A stretch of DNA of 64,000 bases from the human T2T-CHM13v2.0 reference genome, Homo sapiens. The translations under genes and the position numbers were made by a program. Of the stretch, positions 1-14,691 are shown in pieces. The notes under the pieces were generated by a model, which did no database searches, was not told the origin of the DNA, and was given only the letters and a program-made list of their open reading frames with translations. The first letter of the stretch is position 1; every line of letters begins with the position of its first letter. The stretch lies in the NCBI RefSeq assembly GCF_009914755.1, contig NC_060936.1. One strand, given 5' to 3'.

Positions 1-1211
<1,211 letters not shown>

Positions 1212-1219
1212 TCTGCCCA

Positions 1220-1615
1220 GATGACATTCTATAGAAGTCAAACTATGGAGACACTAAAAAGAACATTGGTTACCAGGAGTTAGTGGGAAGGGAGGGATAC
1301 ATAGAGCAGAGAGGGTTTTCAGGGCAGTGAAACTACTCTGTATCATAATAATGAATACATATCAACATAAATTGATCCACAGCCATAAAATATATAGCAC
1401 CAAGAGCGAACTCTAGAGTAGACTATACACCTTGTGTAATAATGACATGTCAACGTAAGTTCACCAGTTGTAATAAGTGTACCACTCTGATGGGTGATCT
1501 TAATAATAGGTGAGGCTATGTATGTGTCAGGGCAGATGGGGATATGGAACATTGTTGTACCTTCTGCTTAATACTCCTGTGAACCTAAAACCACTGTAAA
1601 AAACAAAGTCTATTT
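1220..1615 (+). mobile_element. Old L1 (L1MC-type) 3' end
   Basis: Recognisable L1MC 3'UTR: atgacattct...aaactatggagaca...gtgaacctaaaac...aaagtctatt. Confidence 0.75.
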
Positions 1616-1629
1616 TCGTAAAAAGTTAT

Positions 1630-2000
1630 GAACTCACAAAAGGTGGATGAATATAAAAACAATTATGCAGCTTAAGAAGCCAGACCACCCCCTGCCATAG
1701 TGTTAATATCTTCTTGTTTACTGATTCAATTTGTTTCAACTTCTAGAAGACATAAAATAATCTCTAATGGGAGAAATAAGATCAGTATTTGCTTATTGAT
1801 GAAGAAAGACGATGGAGGAGCAGATGAGACAGATTATAAAGAAGCACAGAGAAATAATTAGAGTTGATAGATGTGTTCATTATCCTGATTGTGGTGATAA
1901 TTCTTTAGCGATATACATATGTCAACACATTAAATTTTACACTTTAAATATGTGAAAGACATATTGTGTTTTAATAATATCTGAAAAAGATGTTTTAATA
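1630..2000 (+). mobile_element. Old L1 (L1ME/MB-type) 3' end, degraded
   Basis: tggatgaat...aagaagccagac...gttcattatcctgattgtggtgat...tacactttaaatatgtg motifs. Confidence 0.6.
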
Positions 2001-2217
2001 CATTTTTAAAAGCAGACTCAATAGTATCATTGGATTTTAATATGAAAGAAAAAAGGTGAAAGTTACCATCATGGAACAGTTCATAATATCATGGAGACTT
2101 ATGAACATGTCTTGAATATGAATGCCGTCTGTCATTTGTGTGTTAGAGGGAAACAACTGTTTCAGACTATGCTGGAAGTTGGGACAATACACAGGATAAG
2201 ACATGGTTCCTTTACTT

Positions 2218-2269
2218 CAAATTCTCATAGGAATTGCAGACAACAAATTCTCATAGGAATTGCGGACAA
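2218..2269. repeat. 26-bp tandem duplication
   Basis: caaattctcataggaattgcagacaa followed by caaattctcataggaattgcggacaa (1 mismatch). Confidence 0.95.
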
Positions 2270-4444
2270 CAGAACTCATCATTCTCCATCTCAAATTGTG
2301 AATTTCTAAAGGAACACAGTATTCTAGACTCATAAACTATTAGAGATGGAAGCAACTTAAGTTCACATAGTCATACCTAGCTATGTTCAGAAGACAGAAT
2401 TTTCTAGACAAGCCACAGTAAACTCACAAGAGTGCACAGAAATATATTGGCATGGTTGGAACTAAAACTCACCTCTCTGGCTCCCAGCCCAGGATTGTCT
2501 CCATTACATCAGTGCATCATTTCCCTTTTACTAAACACTACACCCTAAGCATAGTCAATGGTCCATATATTTGCTTACCAACTGATGATCCTAATTGACA
2601 AAATGTACCAAAGGAGGCCCTCCAAATTATATTCTGTTCAAAAGGTTAAGGGGCAAATAGTTCACAAAGATAAGAAATACTGGGAAATCCTGGATTTTCT
2701 TTTTAATTCCTTTTTTCTGTTTGGGATTAGACATATTTACATATAAATGTTCTAAAATGAACAAACAAACAATGAAGAGCTATTTCTCTACATACAATAA
2801 GAAAAATTAATTTGCACTGTGGTGGGAAAAAATCCAGAATGGATTGCTAAAATGTCAATTTATGAATTAAGACTATTAGTAGAGATTAAATCAGCCTGAT
2901 GAACAATCAGTGGGAGACTTTTGAGAAGCTCTATGCTATTTATAGTAACGGCTCTGAAGTTTTGCTCTTCATTTATATTAGGTAACAAAATTACTACTGC
3001 AACAGAAGCACTTTATAGGATCTATGGCACTTGGCAGCAAAAGAGAATTGATTCCAAGCCAAGGAAATGACAGCACAGTATAGCTGGTGCTGACTTGAAG
3101 GAAGGAAAAAAAAAGAAGAATGGATAATAATAGATGCATATGGGCAGTGAAGAAAAGTGCAATCAGCTCAGATTAATTACAAGTTCAGTACATGTGCAAG
3201 GGACAAATTTTGAAGGTGACCGAGATAAAAAGGGATGGGCATTTAAGCTGGCTGTAGGGAATGGATAAATTTATACAAAAAAAGAAAGAAAGAAAAAGAA
3301 AAGCCTCTAAATTCACATCAGCAAGGACAAAAGACCTGTCATAAGAGACATGTCATGAATAGTTCTATAAGCAGGAAGAACTAATCAAAGTAATCACAGG
3401 CCCTGGCACATGGAGAAACATTTAATCTGTCCAAGGGAACTACCTTTAGTTCTTGTTATATGTGATGTTCATTTTTCATAGGTCATTTTGGAAAAGGTAT
3501 CATAGTGAACAGTATACTGATGACTTATTGAGAAAAAAATGCTTAAAAATGTTAATAATAATGTAAACTACAAACCTTAGTTTCTAATAGAACTATACTC
3601 TCATATTCCAAGGTCATACATTAACTAAATTCACCCTTCTAGATCATAGTCCATACTTATTAGTATGAAGAAAACAAAACCAACCAACCTCTTTGGCCAA
3701 AATCAACAGCACAAAATACAGGAACTTTGATTATATGAGAGATCTTCATTCAGAGCACGACTATTATTTTAGATGATTTTATTAAGATCGTGTTCTCTAA
3801 GGCAGATACGTAGCAGCAAGTTCTACAGGGGGAAGATCTGCTAAATATAGTTTAAGAGCAGAAAAATGTGTATAAAACCATATAAGCTGAGAAACAGTCA
3901 CAAAAATTATAAATATAGACAAAAAACCTTAGCAGAGGCCAATTAATGTAGAAGAGAAACATACAATTCCACACCTCAATCGATCATGATGCCATCACAT
4001 GCTATTATTATATAAGATGATTTATGTTCAGAGTGATGACTCAAAGTCATTGAATGAATAAAAAATCATTTTCTGTGTACTCCACAGCAAAGCCAGGAAA
4101 GTGAAAAGTACATTATAGAAAAGCCTCCATGCAAGATTATTAAACTGAAAAAATTATTGCCTTGAGTATAGAAGTTATCTGGAAAATTCCCTTATGTGAA
4201 GCACCTCATTGGTAATGAGGTATTTTCTACACAGGCCACAGTAAATTCACCAGAGAAAAAAAGAAATATATATTAGTCATATCTCTTTTGCATGGAAGTG
4301 AGAAGAAACCCAATTAAAATGATTACATAATTTTTTGACCCATGTACCTGAAAAGTATAGTGGTAGGTTTGTGTTCAAATATGGCTGGACAGAGGTACAT
4401 ACAATTACCAGGAGTCTATTTTTGTTAATCTCTTGACTCAGTTT

Positions 4445-5497
4445 CTTTAACTTTTTATTTTAAAATACATTTAGAAGTTATAAGAACATTGGGAATTATA
4501 TTAGTCCATTCTCACACTACTAATAAAAGCATACCCGAGACTGGGTGGTTTATAAAGAAAAAGTGGTTTAATGGACTCACAGTTCCACATGTCTAAGGAG
4601 CCCTCACAATCATGTTGGAAGACAAAGGAGGAGCAAGGTCACGTCTTACATGGTGGCAGACAAAAGAGTGTATGCAAGGGAACTCCCATTTATAAAACCA
4701 TCAAATCTCATGAGATTTATTCACTACTGGGAGAACAGTATGGGGGAAACCCCCCACCCCATGATTCAATTATCTCCAACGGGCCCCACCGTTGACATGT
4801 GGGGATTATTACAATTTAAGGTGAGATTTGGGTGGGGACACAGCCAAACTGTATCAGGAATATATTACAAAGAGTTCACACATATTCTTTCCTTAGTTTT
4901 CTCTACTGTTAAAAATTTAGATAGCCATAATTTTAAAACCAGGAAATTAACATTGTTACAACACGACTATTAAACTACAGATCTTATTTGAATTTCATCA
5001 GGTAGTTTTTTTCCCTGAAAGTCTTTTTTTCTTTTCTAAGATCCAATCAAGGCTGCCACATTGCATTTAATGCTGTGTCTTTTTAGTCTCTTTCTATTTG
5101 GGACAATTCCACCGTCTTTTCTTACCTTTCATTATCTTGGTACTTTTTATAAGTACTGGTCCATTATTCTGTAGATGTGCCTGAATTTGTCTTTGTCTGA
5201 TGTTTCTTTATGATTAGATTGAGGTTTTGCACTTTTGGCATGAATAACAGAATTATTTTTCCCCTATAAGTACATATTATTGGGGGAACACAGTGCCAAT
5301 ATATATTATTCCTGTCGATGTTAACCTTGATTACTTGGTTAAGGTTTCTCTACCAGGTTTTTCCATTGTAAAATTAACATTTTCCCCTTTGCAATTGATA
5401 GATAACTAAAGGGAGACACTTTGAGACTATGTTAATATCATTTTTCTCTTCAAACTTTCACTCAATGATTTTAACATCGATTGGTGAATATTGACAG
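4445..5497 (-). mobile_element. L1MC4/L1MD-like 3' end, interrupted by a THE1 LTR and followed by a MER4 LTR
   Basis: aaccaggaaattaacattg...atccaatc...cacattgcattta...gttaaccttgattacttggttaagg resembles antisense L1MC 3'UTR. Confidence 0.65.
4497..4856 (-). mobile_element. THE1 (MaLR) solo LTR, THE1C/D-like
   Basis: tatattagtccattctcac...ggggacacagccaaactgtatca; perfect 5-bp TSD GGAAT (4492-4496 and 4857-4861). Confidence 0.93.
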
Positions 5498-5951
5498 TGT
5501 AAACCAAAAAGTATCTGAGATGGGACTCAATCAATTTAGAAGTTTATTTTGCCAAGGTTAAAGACATGCCTGGAAGAAAAGAACATAAAATCACAGAAAC
5601 TGTCTGTGGTCTGTGACTTTCTCCAAAGATGAATTTGAGAAGTTCAATATTTAAAGGGGGAAAAGTGGGCTGGAGGGGAAGGAGGGAGTGTATGGTAATC
5701 CACAAGTGCAATAGAAAGGGAGCAGGCAGGGGAATAATCAATTACATATTCCTCTAGTACTTAGTAAATTGGCACTTTACATAAGATAGGGTGAACATAG
5801 AGTAGTTACCTGTGGAGAGATTTAACCTTTAACCTGTAGCTATCTGCTTAGCAACAAAAGGAAAAGCAGTTTTTGTGTGACTCAGTTTTCAGCTTAATTT
5901 TTTCCTTTAGACATAGTGAATTGTTTCCCATGTTTTTATTTTCCTTTCACA
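5498..5951 (-). mobile_element. MER4A-like ERV1 solo LTR
   Basis: tgtaaaccaaaaagtatctgaga...ttttattttcctttcaca; TG/CA termini; approximate 4-bp TSD acag/accg. Confidence 0.85.
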
Positions 5952-8883
5952 ACCGCAACAATTATTCTGTGATGTTTGCCTTGGCAATGTTTCTTCTGCC
6001 CTAGATTCATTTTCAGAAAGACATTGCTGAAGAAATAGTGACCAAAAGTAACTCTAGACTTTAGTTCAACCAGCTCAGCAATCCCAATAAAAAGATCACA
6101 CCTTTTTCCCCAGTTACAATGGTGCTACCAATTGTTTCCTTTGTGGGGGCATGTACTATACAGTGCTAACTCGATTACCATAGCCAAAGGGAAGGCCACT
6201 GTCATAGACAAGGCCTGGCTTATGTTACTCTTTCTCAAGTTGGGGGCTGGGATTGTCCCACTGAAACTACACAAAATGAGAATGGAGACAAGACTTCGTA
6301 GGTTAAAAAGAAAACAGCAAAAACAGTGACACAAAATTTGACACAGGTCAAATCAACAAATATCCACTGCACTATGATATAAATTATTATTCCTGATGTG
6401 GCCTGAGATCTAAGTTTGTGAAAAACAATTATGGAAACCCATTAGTATCCAAAAATATAAGCATTTAACTTTACCTTATTATCACAATGTGAAAGAATGC
6501 AAGTTCTTGGTCACCTATTTTAGTGTTTCCCAACCTCTACAGTAGCTATAATTTAAGATTTTCTTCTTCTCTGTCCTTGATAGAAGCAGAAAAAATAGCC
6601 ATAATTGTTCTTACCATTAAAATAGATCATTAGTAAAATGCATGGCACATAGATAACTGGTCAAAAATGTCATTGTTATTATTATTATAACTATTATTAA
6701 TATATTAAACTTGATATATATTTATGAAGTGCCTGTTTTATACAAGACAATAATAGATTATAGAAAACTGAAATAAGAAAGGATAGCTGATTATAGAGTA
6801 CAGTCAATAGTGTGGGAGATAAAATATGTAGAAAACTCTAATACCAGGTAGAATGTAGCAAGTTTCTATAATAGATGCATAAGTACTATGGTTATAATAC
6901 ATGTTTATGTGTTTTAAATATTAAGTACCTCCTTAATCTTTTCTTCTTCAGGCAAAACAAAACAAACAAAACCCAAAGGACCACATTTTCAACTGGCTTT
7001 CCTTAAAAGATTAGCTCCCAGACACATTTAACTTAGGATATAAATTGGATGTCACATTAACCAGCAACTGAATAAGCAGAGCAAAGTACACTTGACTTCA
7101 TTATTTTTAATATTTTAAATACAAAGACTTAAAAATTATAACAAATAATTCAGTCAGTGTTATTTTCCAGATTTAAGACTATAGTCCCTTTATGCAAAAT
7201 ATAAGACCTTCTCTGCATTTTTTCTATACACACAAAAAAATCAGATTATTTGATTTCTTTTTCACAAAAGGCTTTGTAGTTTAGAAATAGCTTTTGAATT
7301 AAATGACCAGATTGTTGCTAAGCAACAGTGTAAAACAATTCTTAGATATGGAGACATGTCTAAAGTATAAGCATGTCAGGCCTATGATAATGTCTGGGCA
7401 TTTTGTGGACTCAGCTCATATTATTTGCAAAAATAAATATTTCTGTATTATCTTTCAAAAATGGTTATGTGTGTGTGAGCTGGTGTATTCACAGAAAGTG
7501 GATGGATTGAGGATGAAATAGAAAGCAAAATCTCAACCACCATTGGGTTAATTTTAATTTTTCAGTTCCATTTTGGCCCTGTTCACCTGCCAAGATATAA
7601 AATGTTTTTAATTACTTTTGGTTTCTTTGTTGTAACTCCTGAGGCATTTCTAAGACAACTATTCAGATATTCTGGATTAATGACCCTGTTCTGGAAATAA
7701 GGTCTTTTACAGATAATATTTCTGCAAAAATATGACAAGAAGCTACCCTCTGACTTGATAATATATATTATAACTTATAAATTATTGTATAATAAATGTA
7801 ATTTTATTATGAAGGTACAGCAGTACAAATTCAGTAATTTATTATATAAAAAATGTCGGGTTTTGCTAATACCGCAAAAACCAGTAACACAATTGTCACT
7901 TCTTTCTTTTTCAGTGCTTTTGGAGGTTATATTTGTCACTTCTTAAACTAAAGGAAAAGACTCACTTTTCTTATAAAGTTGGAAGTAGTAAATCTGTTCC
8001 TTTGAAACTAGAGAAATATGTCCCTGCCTATGAAAACGCTGTTCTACTTTTGCAGAGGTAGCTGTATCATAGAGTGAATGTGGCAACTGATATGGCCATC
8101 ACTGTGAAGAGCTGGGTACACACATCAGCCTCAGGACACCCCCTGCAGTCCTAACTTGGGAACGTAAACCTCAGCTATTGCAAGTAAACCATTTCTGCTT
8201 CATTCACATGAGAACATTTCCTTCACAAAAGTCACATGGACAAGACAAAATAAGAACTTACCTAAGGAAAAAAAAATGTCTTTGGGTAACTACTGTGCTA
8301 AGCTACTTTCTGCAGAGGTTAGGTACTATAGACATTAGGATCAGGAAAAACCAAGAAACAAACAATTGTGACTAAATTTTTCTCTAGGAGACACGGAAAG
8401 GAATTTGTTCAGCTCTTGAGAGATAAATGTATGGAGACAAATACAGAACAGCAAGAAAGTCAGAAGAACCAGAGAGACGGTGTGCAACAGGAGGCTTTTA
8501 AGAAGCATCCAACAGCAACTGTCTCCTTTCTAGTTATTTCTATTACTTCAGCCTTACCTCCTCCAACTTCAGCACCTCATTATAATATCCTTCCCAATCA
8601 ATCTTCTATGGAACTACTTTAGTTATGAGTGTTTTCTTGTAGGATATTTCCCTGTAAGTCTTGTGAATGGTGGTAAGTTGGGTGGGGTGAAACACAGCAT
8701 GTACAGAAACCTGAGCTCAAGGATAGAGAAACCATAACCACAGAAGCCCCAGTAAATTCATGCAACACTTGGAAAAAAGGCTTATGTTTCCACATATCAT
8801 GGAATTGGAGGTTTGAACCTATCTCAAGTGACTTCAGAGGAGCAGGAGACTTCTACCCAGAGAATATCTAGCATATTGATATA

Positions 8884-9228
8884 AAGTTTGAATATGCCTT
8901 ATCTGAAATGCTTGGGACCAGAAGTGTTTCAGATTTTAGATTTTTTTGGTGAATTTTAAATATTTGTATATACATAATGAGATAGCTTGGAGATGGTAGC
9001 CAAATCGAAACATAACATTTATTTTTTATATATATCTCATACACATAGCATGAAGTAATTTTATGAGATATTTTAAATAAGTTTATGCATGAAGCAAAAT
9101 TTTGACCAGGAATATGACATGAGGTCTTCATGGAATTTTTCACTTATGGCATCATGTCAGCACCAAAAAAGTTTTGGATTTTGGAGTGTTTCAGATTTTG
9201 AATTTCCAGATTAGGAATGTTCAACCTG
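8884..9228. mobile_element. Tigger4 (Zombi)-derived non-autonomous DNA transposon
   Basis: ccttatctgaaatgcttgggaccagaagtgtttcagattt...gattaggaatgttcaacctg followed by TA. Confidence 0.8.
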
Positions 9229-10725
9229 TAATATAAAGAAGTTTGATGTTTTGGGTTATTTTATCCACAGTATTTGTTGAACTGCCATTTTAGATAAATA
9301 TGTAGAACAAATATAAGTTGTCACATATTATGGAGACATAAAACACAGGCAATAATATATTTGCTGCAGGAATGCCTTGTGCTTCCTACGTCTTTGAGAT
9401 GCAGATCGCTGCCTGTTCAAATAAAACCAATCAGAACTCTAATTATATGATTATGCAATTCTTGAATTACATTAAGGTCACATTCAGATTGCATTTTATA
9501 CCTGTAATTGGCATACTAGTTAATATGGTACTTTATACAAAATATAAACCAATTGAAGTGGTGTTTAGTGAATTGTGATAAAATAATAAGCTTAGACCCA
9601 TGGAAAAAAGTAATAAGAAAGAACAGAACACATTTATATTTTGCAAAAAGCCAAAACAGCCCACTTTTGAATAGCACAACTTGCCTTCTTCATGCCTTCC
9701 CTAACGCTGGGTATTATTTTGCTTTTGCTGTTCCCAGACCCCAATATTTCCTTACTCAGAAAGCAAAATGATATCACAAAGATTATTTTATTCATAACCC
9801 TTTTTTGATTCATAAACTGGAAGCACTTTCAAAATTGAAGCTAAATTATTAGGAGGAATAAGGCAACTAAAATGTTTCCTCGGGTTATGAAGGGAGTAGT
9901 TACACATTCATAAATTACACATCATTAACTATGTAGTCTAGCAACCAAATCATGTGAGAGAAGATGTGACAATTTTTTATATTTTAACAAATATGACTAA
10001 TTAAGAGGTAGACATTTTCTATCTAACTCAGAAGCAAACTTACCACCACAACTCCAGTTGTATTTTTTGAAAGGAGTTTAGTGTAAACTGTATTTGTAAA
10101 GTAAAATCTTCTCTTGGCTCCAATCTACTCCTTCCACCTTACTGTGATTCTTGGAAGCATTTTCAAATACAATGTGTTCCTAGGCAACTTCAACAAAAGA
10201 ATTATATGTATTTAATTTTTAAAATGCTATAAAGTTGCCCCAGTGATATTGTCCTTGAGTTTGATGATATAAAAATAATGCATGTTCTTACTTAGACATA
10301 TTTATTAGATATTGCTAAAAGTCTTGAGAATAAACTTTACTATGACTATATTAAATTTAACTTCCAAAGGAACGAAGAGACATTTCCTCATGAGGATTTG
10401 TAATTTAATATAGAAGAGTAATTTAGCGTAAACTCCAGAATATGTATAGTGTAAATAAAGAACTAGATTAGGTAGTAAGAAATATAAGGATTACACCCAA
10501 TGGTGCATACATAGACACACACCCACAAGCACACACACATGTAGAGAAAGACACACACCCACAGGCTGTAGGCCACTTTTTCACAGAAGAATTTTGTTCA
10601 CTGCAGAAATAGTAGATACCTTAAATACCTTAAAAGATTAAGATATCTTTGGTAAATAATGAAGAAAATAATTTCATCACTGGAAATTATTATTTTATAG
10701 AACAGATTATAGAAAGGGTCTATAA

Positions 10726-10942
10726 GAAGCTTGTCCAACCCCTAGCCTGTGAGTTGCATGCGGCCCAGAACAAATTTGAATGTGGCCCAACACAAATTCA
10801 TAAACTTTCTTAAAACATTATGAGTTTTTTTTGCCACTTTTAAAAGGTCATCAGCTACTGTGTTCGTGTATTTTAGTGTGGCCCAAGACAATTCTTCTTC
10901 CTCCAATGCGGCCCAGGGAAGCCAAAATATTGGACACTCCTG
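10726..10942 (-). mobile_element. MER30 (hAT-Charlie MITE)
   Basis: aagcttgtccaacc...gcccagggaagccaaaatattggacactcctg; degenerate 8-bp TSD gtctataa/atctgtaa. Confidence 0.88.
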
Positions 10943-12160
10943 ATCTGTAACATATAATTTAAGAAAATAGTAATACATACAAAACAATTTTTAAAACATA
11001 CCCAGGTCCCATTTCTGTAGCTCATGAATTTGATTTGGACTGGGTTTCCTTCATTTGCATTTAATGTTTTTACTTCCAGCTGGCTATGCACTGTATGACA
11101 ATGCTCATTTTTGCTTACCTTATTAGAAACATTTATCTTCACAGTGTGTATCAACTGAATAAAATGACAGATACTCTGCCCAGTGTTTCCTCTCATTATG
11201 CTCTACTTGACCATACAAATGGTAATAGAGGTAAAACAGATACACAGGCCTCCAAAGCTGCATCAAAAGATGTAAAATTTCTTTGAACTTAACATCTTAA
11301 GTGAAGGTCCGATAAGGAACACATTACTCTATAATTTCCTTAAGAGTAGGATGAGCATGAATGAGCACCTGTCTTTTTTATTGTTTTATCCTGACCACCT
11401 AGTTGGGTTAAACATAGAAGATGTACAATAAAAATATGCCACATTATTTATAAATGTATGTAGTGGTTCAGAGATGCCAACTCCAAATAAGTGGGAAATG
11501 ATTTTTTATGGATTTATTTTGAGATTTAAAAAAGTCAGATTCACTTCTATTCATGCTAAAGATTTAATGAATGGACTATAAAAAGATGTTTAAGACAATT
11601 CTACTTTCGATTTTTAGCAATTTCAATAACATGCCTTTTGAAACTGAAGGCAAAATATACCTTCTTGCAGAAATACATGTTATTGGAATTTTTCACAGAT
11701 TGCTGAAAGCTCTAAGGGCTGAGATATAGTATTAGTTATCTCTTCCCTAGCACTCTTAACTGAAATATTCAGGTGCTCTATAAGAGTAGGGTTTTTGGGT
11801 GTTGTTTATACCATTCTGGAATGACTTAGTGGTGATAATTGCAAAATATTGTGAATACACCAAAAATCACTGATTTTACACTTTAATATTGTTAATGTGT
11901 TGAACTTTATGTTATATGAATTTTATCTCGATTTAAATAAATGAAAAACAAAAAAGTGATTTGAATGGAGAAGGCATTTTATTAAAATTTTGTAGTTAAT
12001 TCTTATATTTAAAACAATTCCAACTTTAAAAAATTGCCTGCCAATTGATTAATAAAATAATAAGATGTGGCAGCCACTCACTCAGCGCCTCCTCTGGAGA
12101 GAGCATAATTGACACACACATCCAGCTACTATGTCTTTGAATTTCTATCTAGTCAGCAAC

Positions 12161-12561
12161 TATATTAGTCTGCTAGGGCTGCATAACAAAATACTACAGA
12201 CTGGGTGGTTTAAACAACAAAAATTTATTTTCTCACAGTTCTGGAGCCTGGAAGTCCAAAATTAAGGTGCCAGCAGGGTTGGTTTCTGGTGTGGCCTCCC
12301 TCATTCACTTGCAGACTGCACCTTCTCATTGTGTTCTCACATGGCTTTTCTTTTGTGGGATGTACAGAGAGGGAAAGAGAGAGAACTCTGGTGTCTCTTC
12401 CTCCACAGATGAGGACAACAGTCCTTTCATATTAGGACCTTACCTTAAGATTTTATTAAAACTTAATTATATTCTGAAAATCCCTATCTCTAAATACAGT
12501 CACACTGAGAGTTAGGATTTCTAAATATGAATTTTGGAAAGGCACAATTCAGTGTATAACA
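12161..12561 (-). mobile_element. MLT1A-like MaLR solo LTR
   Basis: tattagtctgctagggctgcataacaaaatactacagactgggtggtttaaacaac...cacaattcagtgtataaca. Confidence 0.85.
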
Positions 12562-12749
12562 GCTCCAGACATCCCAGTGTGGCACTATTCCTCAAGGGAC
12601 CAACTGACCACATGGTGGAAATCAACAGCATTGGGCCCTTTCCATCCTGAGAAGGGCAGTGGTTGATTCTCACAGGGTTAGACACCTACTTAGGATGTGC
12701 ATTTGCCTTTCCTGCTTGCTGTGACTCAGTTGCCACCACCAGCCTGAGG

Positions 12750-14691
12750 CTATTGATACAGACATACCCAAGACTTGGCAATTAAAAAAAAAAACAGGTT
12801 TAATCGACTTACAGTTCCACATGGCTGGGGAGGCCTCACAATCATGGTGGAAGGCAATTCTCCATAAGAGCCCCAGCCCTGCAGCAAAATTCTGCCTGGG
12901 CATCCAGGCATTTCCATACATCCTCTGAAATCTAGGTGGAGGTTCCCAAACCTCAATTCTTGACTTCCATGTACTTGCAGGCTCAACACCACATGGAAAC
13001 TGCCAAGGCTTAGGGCTTCCACCCTCTGAAGCAACAGCCCGAGCTGTACCTTGGCCCCTTTTAGTCACGGCTAGAGCAACTGGGACACACATCACCAAGT
13101 CTCTAGACTGTACACAGGAGAGGGGCCCTGGGCCCAGCCCATGAAACCATTTTTTCCTCCTAAATCTCCAGGCCTGTGATGAAAAGGGCTGCCATAAGAG
13201 TCTCTGACGTGCCCTGGAGATCTAACATTCAGCTCCTCATTACTTATGCAAATTTCTGCAGCTGGCTAGAATTTCTCCTAAAAAAAAAATGGGATTTTTT
13301 TTTTCTATCACATTGTCAGGATGCAAATTTTCCAAACTTTTATGCCCTCTTTCCCTTTTAAAACTGAATGCCCTTAACAGCACTCGAGTTACCTCTTGAA
13401 TGCTTTGCTGTTTAGAAATTTCTTCCACCACATACCCTAAATCATGTCTTTCAAGTTCAAAGTGCCACAGATTTCTAGGGCAGGGGCAAAATGCTGCCAG
13501 TCTGTTTGTCAAAACATAACAAGAGTTACCTTTGTTCCAGTCCCCAACCAGTTCATCATCTTCATCTGAGACCACCTCAGCCTGGATTTCATTGTCCATA
13601 TCATTATCAACATTTTGGTCAAAGCTACTCAACAAGTCTCTAGGGCGTTCCAAACTTTTCCACATCTTCCTATCTTTTGAGCCCTCTAAATTGTTCCAAC
13701 CTCTGCCTGCTACCCAGTTCCAACGTCGCTTCAACATTTTTGGTTATCTTTACAGCAGCACCTCACTCTACTTGTACCAATTTACTGTATTAGTCAATTT
13801 TCACACTACTGATGAAGACACAACCAAGACAGGGAAATTTACACACACAAAAAGAGGTTTAATGGACTTACAGTTCCACATGGCTGGAGAAACCTCACAA
13901 TTATGGCAGAAGGCAAGGAAGAGCAAGCCACATCTTACATGGAGGGCAGCAAGCAAACAGAGAGAGCTTGTACAGGAAAACTCCCCTTTATAAAACCATT
14001 AGATCTCATGAGACTCATTCACTATCATGAGAATAGCATGGGAAAGACCTGCCCCCATAATTCAAATACCTCCCTCCGGGTCCCTTCCACAACATGTGGG
14101 AATTCAGAGATGCCATTCTCTGGCATGGCTTTGCTGAATTTCTGATTTTTCTCTACCACTTATCAATGTCCAGAAGTTGAAAGCCAAGTTATCTTCATGG
14201 TGTATCCCTCTTACTGGTGTTCCCAATAGTGACAATACATTAGCCACCAGTGGCAAAGAATGCTCTCTATGTGGAGATTGTCCCACTGTGCCTCACACCA
14301 CAGGATGTGAGCATATCTTCTGGTGTTTCTGTGCTAAAAGTAGTTTATTACTTGACATGTACTTTACTTGCCCTAAGGGTGGCACAGAAGTACATAAGTC
14401 TGCAGCCACTGAAATCAGGAATTGACATGTCAGAGGTAAATGCTTTTTGGAAAATAAAATTCCTTCCTCTGAGGAAAAAAATTCACTGTGTTTAAATTCT
14501 TAATATTAGTCATCCTAAGTACATCATTAATGTATCCTTTATAAGGAATGTGCTGCCTAGCCACTGACTTCTGTTCCTTTCAAGGCATGACTAAATCCTA
14601 ATCACTGGAAACCATGTGATTCTAAATATATTATGTAAATGTTAACGTATTATGTTAATGTATTTGGGTGGGAACACAGCCAAACCATATC
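12750..14691 (-). mobile_element. Internally deleted THE1 (THE1A/B-like) provirus: partial 3' LTR ~12750-12857, THE1-int ~12858-13785, 5' LTR 13786-14691 split by the PEX2 insert
   Basis: int/LTR junction gtaccaatttac|tgtattagtc at 13786; the LTR breaks at ...gtgggaattcagagatg (14112) and resumes tatttgggtgggaacacagccaaaccatatca (14661-14691); ORFs 13240..13737 and 12670..13098 are THE1-int peptides. Confidence 0.9.
14116..14660 (+). pseudogene. PEX2: PEX2 (peroxin-2/PXMP3) pseudogene fragment: last ~110 codons including the RING finger, plus ~210 nt of probable 3'UTR
   Basis: Three frames join to [109 protein letters not shown], matching the recalled PEX2 C-terminus. Frameshifts at ~14154 and ~14396, altered RING Cys positions, and TGG (14448-14450) at the expected stop. 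UTR assignment is inferred. Confidence 0.92.

Noticed and set aside
13240-13737. 165-aa ORF and the similar ORFs at 33654-34905
   Set aside because: THE1/MST internal ORF remnants with stops and frameshifts.
14177-14425. 82-aa Cys-rich ORF as a novel RING microprotein
   Set aside because: Starts at TTG, is bounded by frameshifts and has lost zinc ligands; it is the PEX2 pseudogene fragment.
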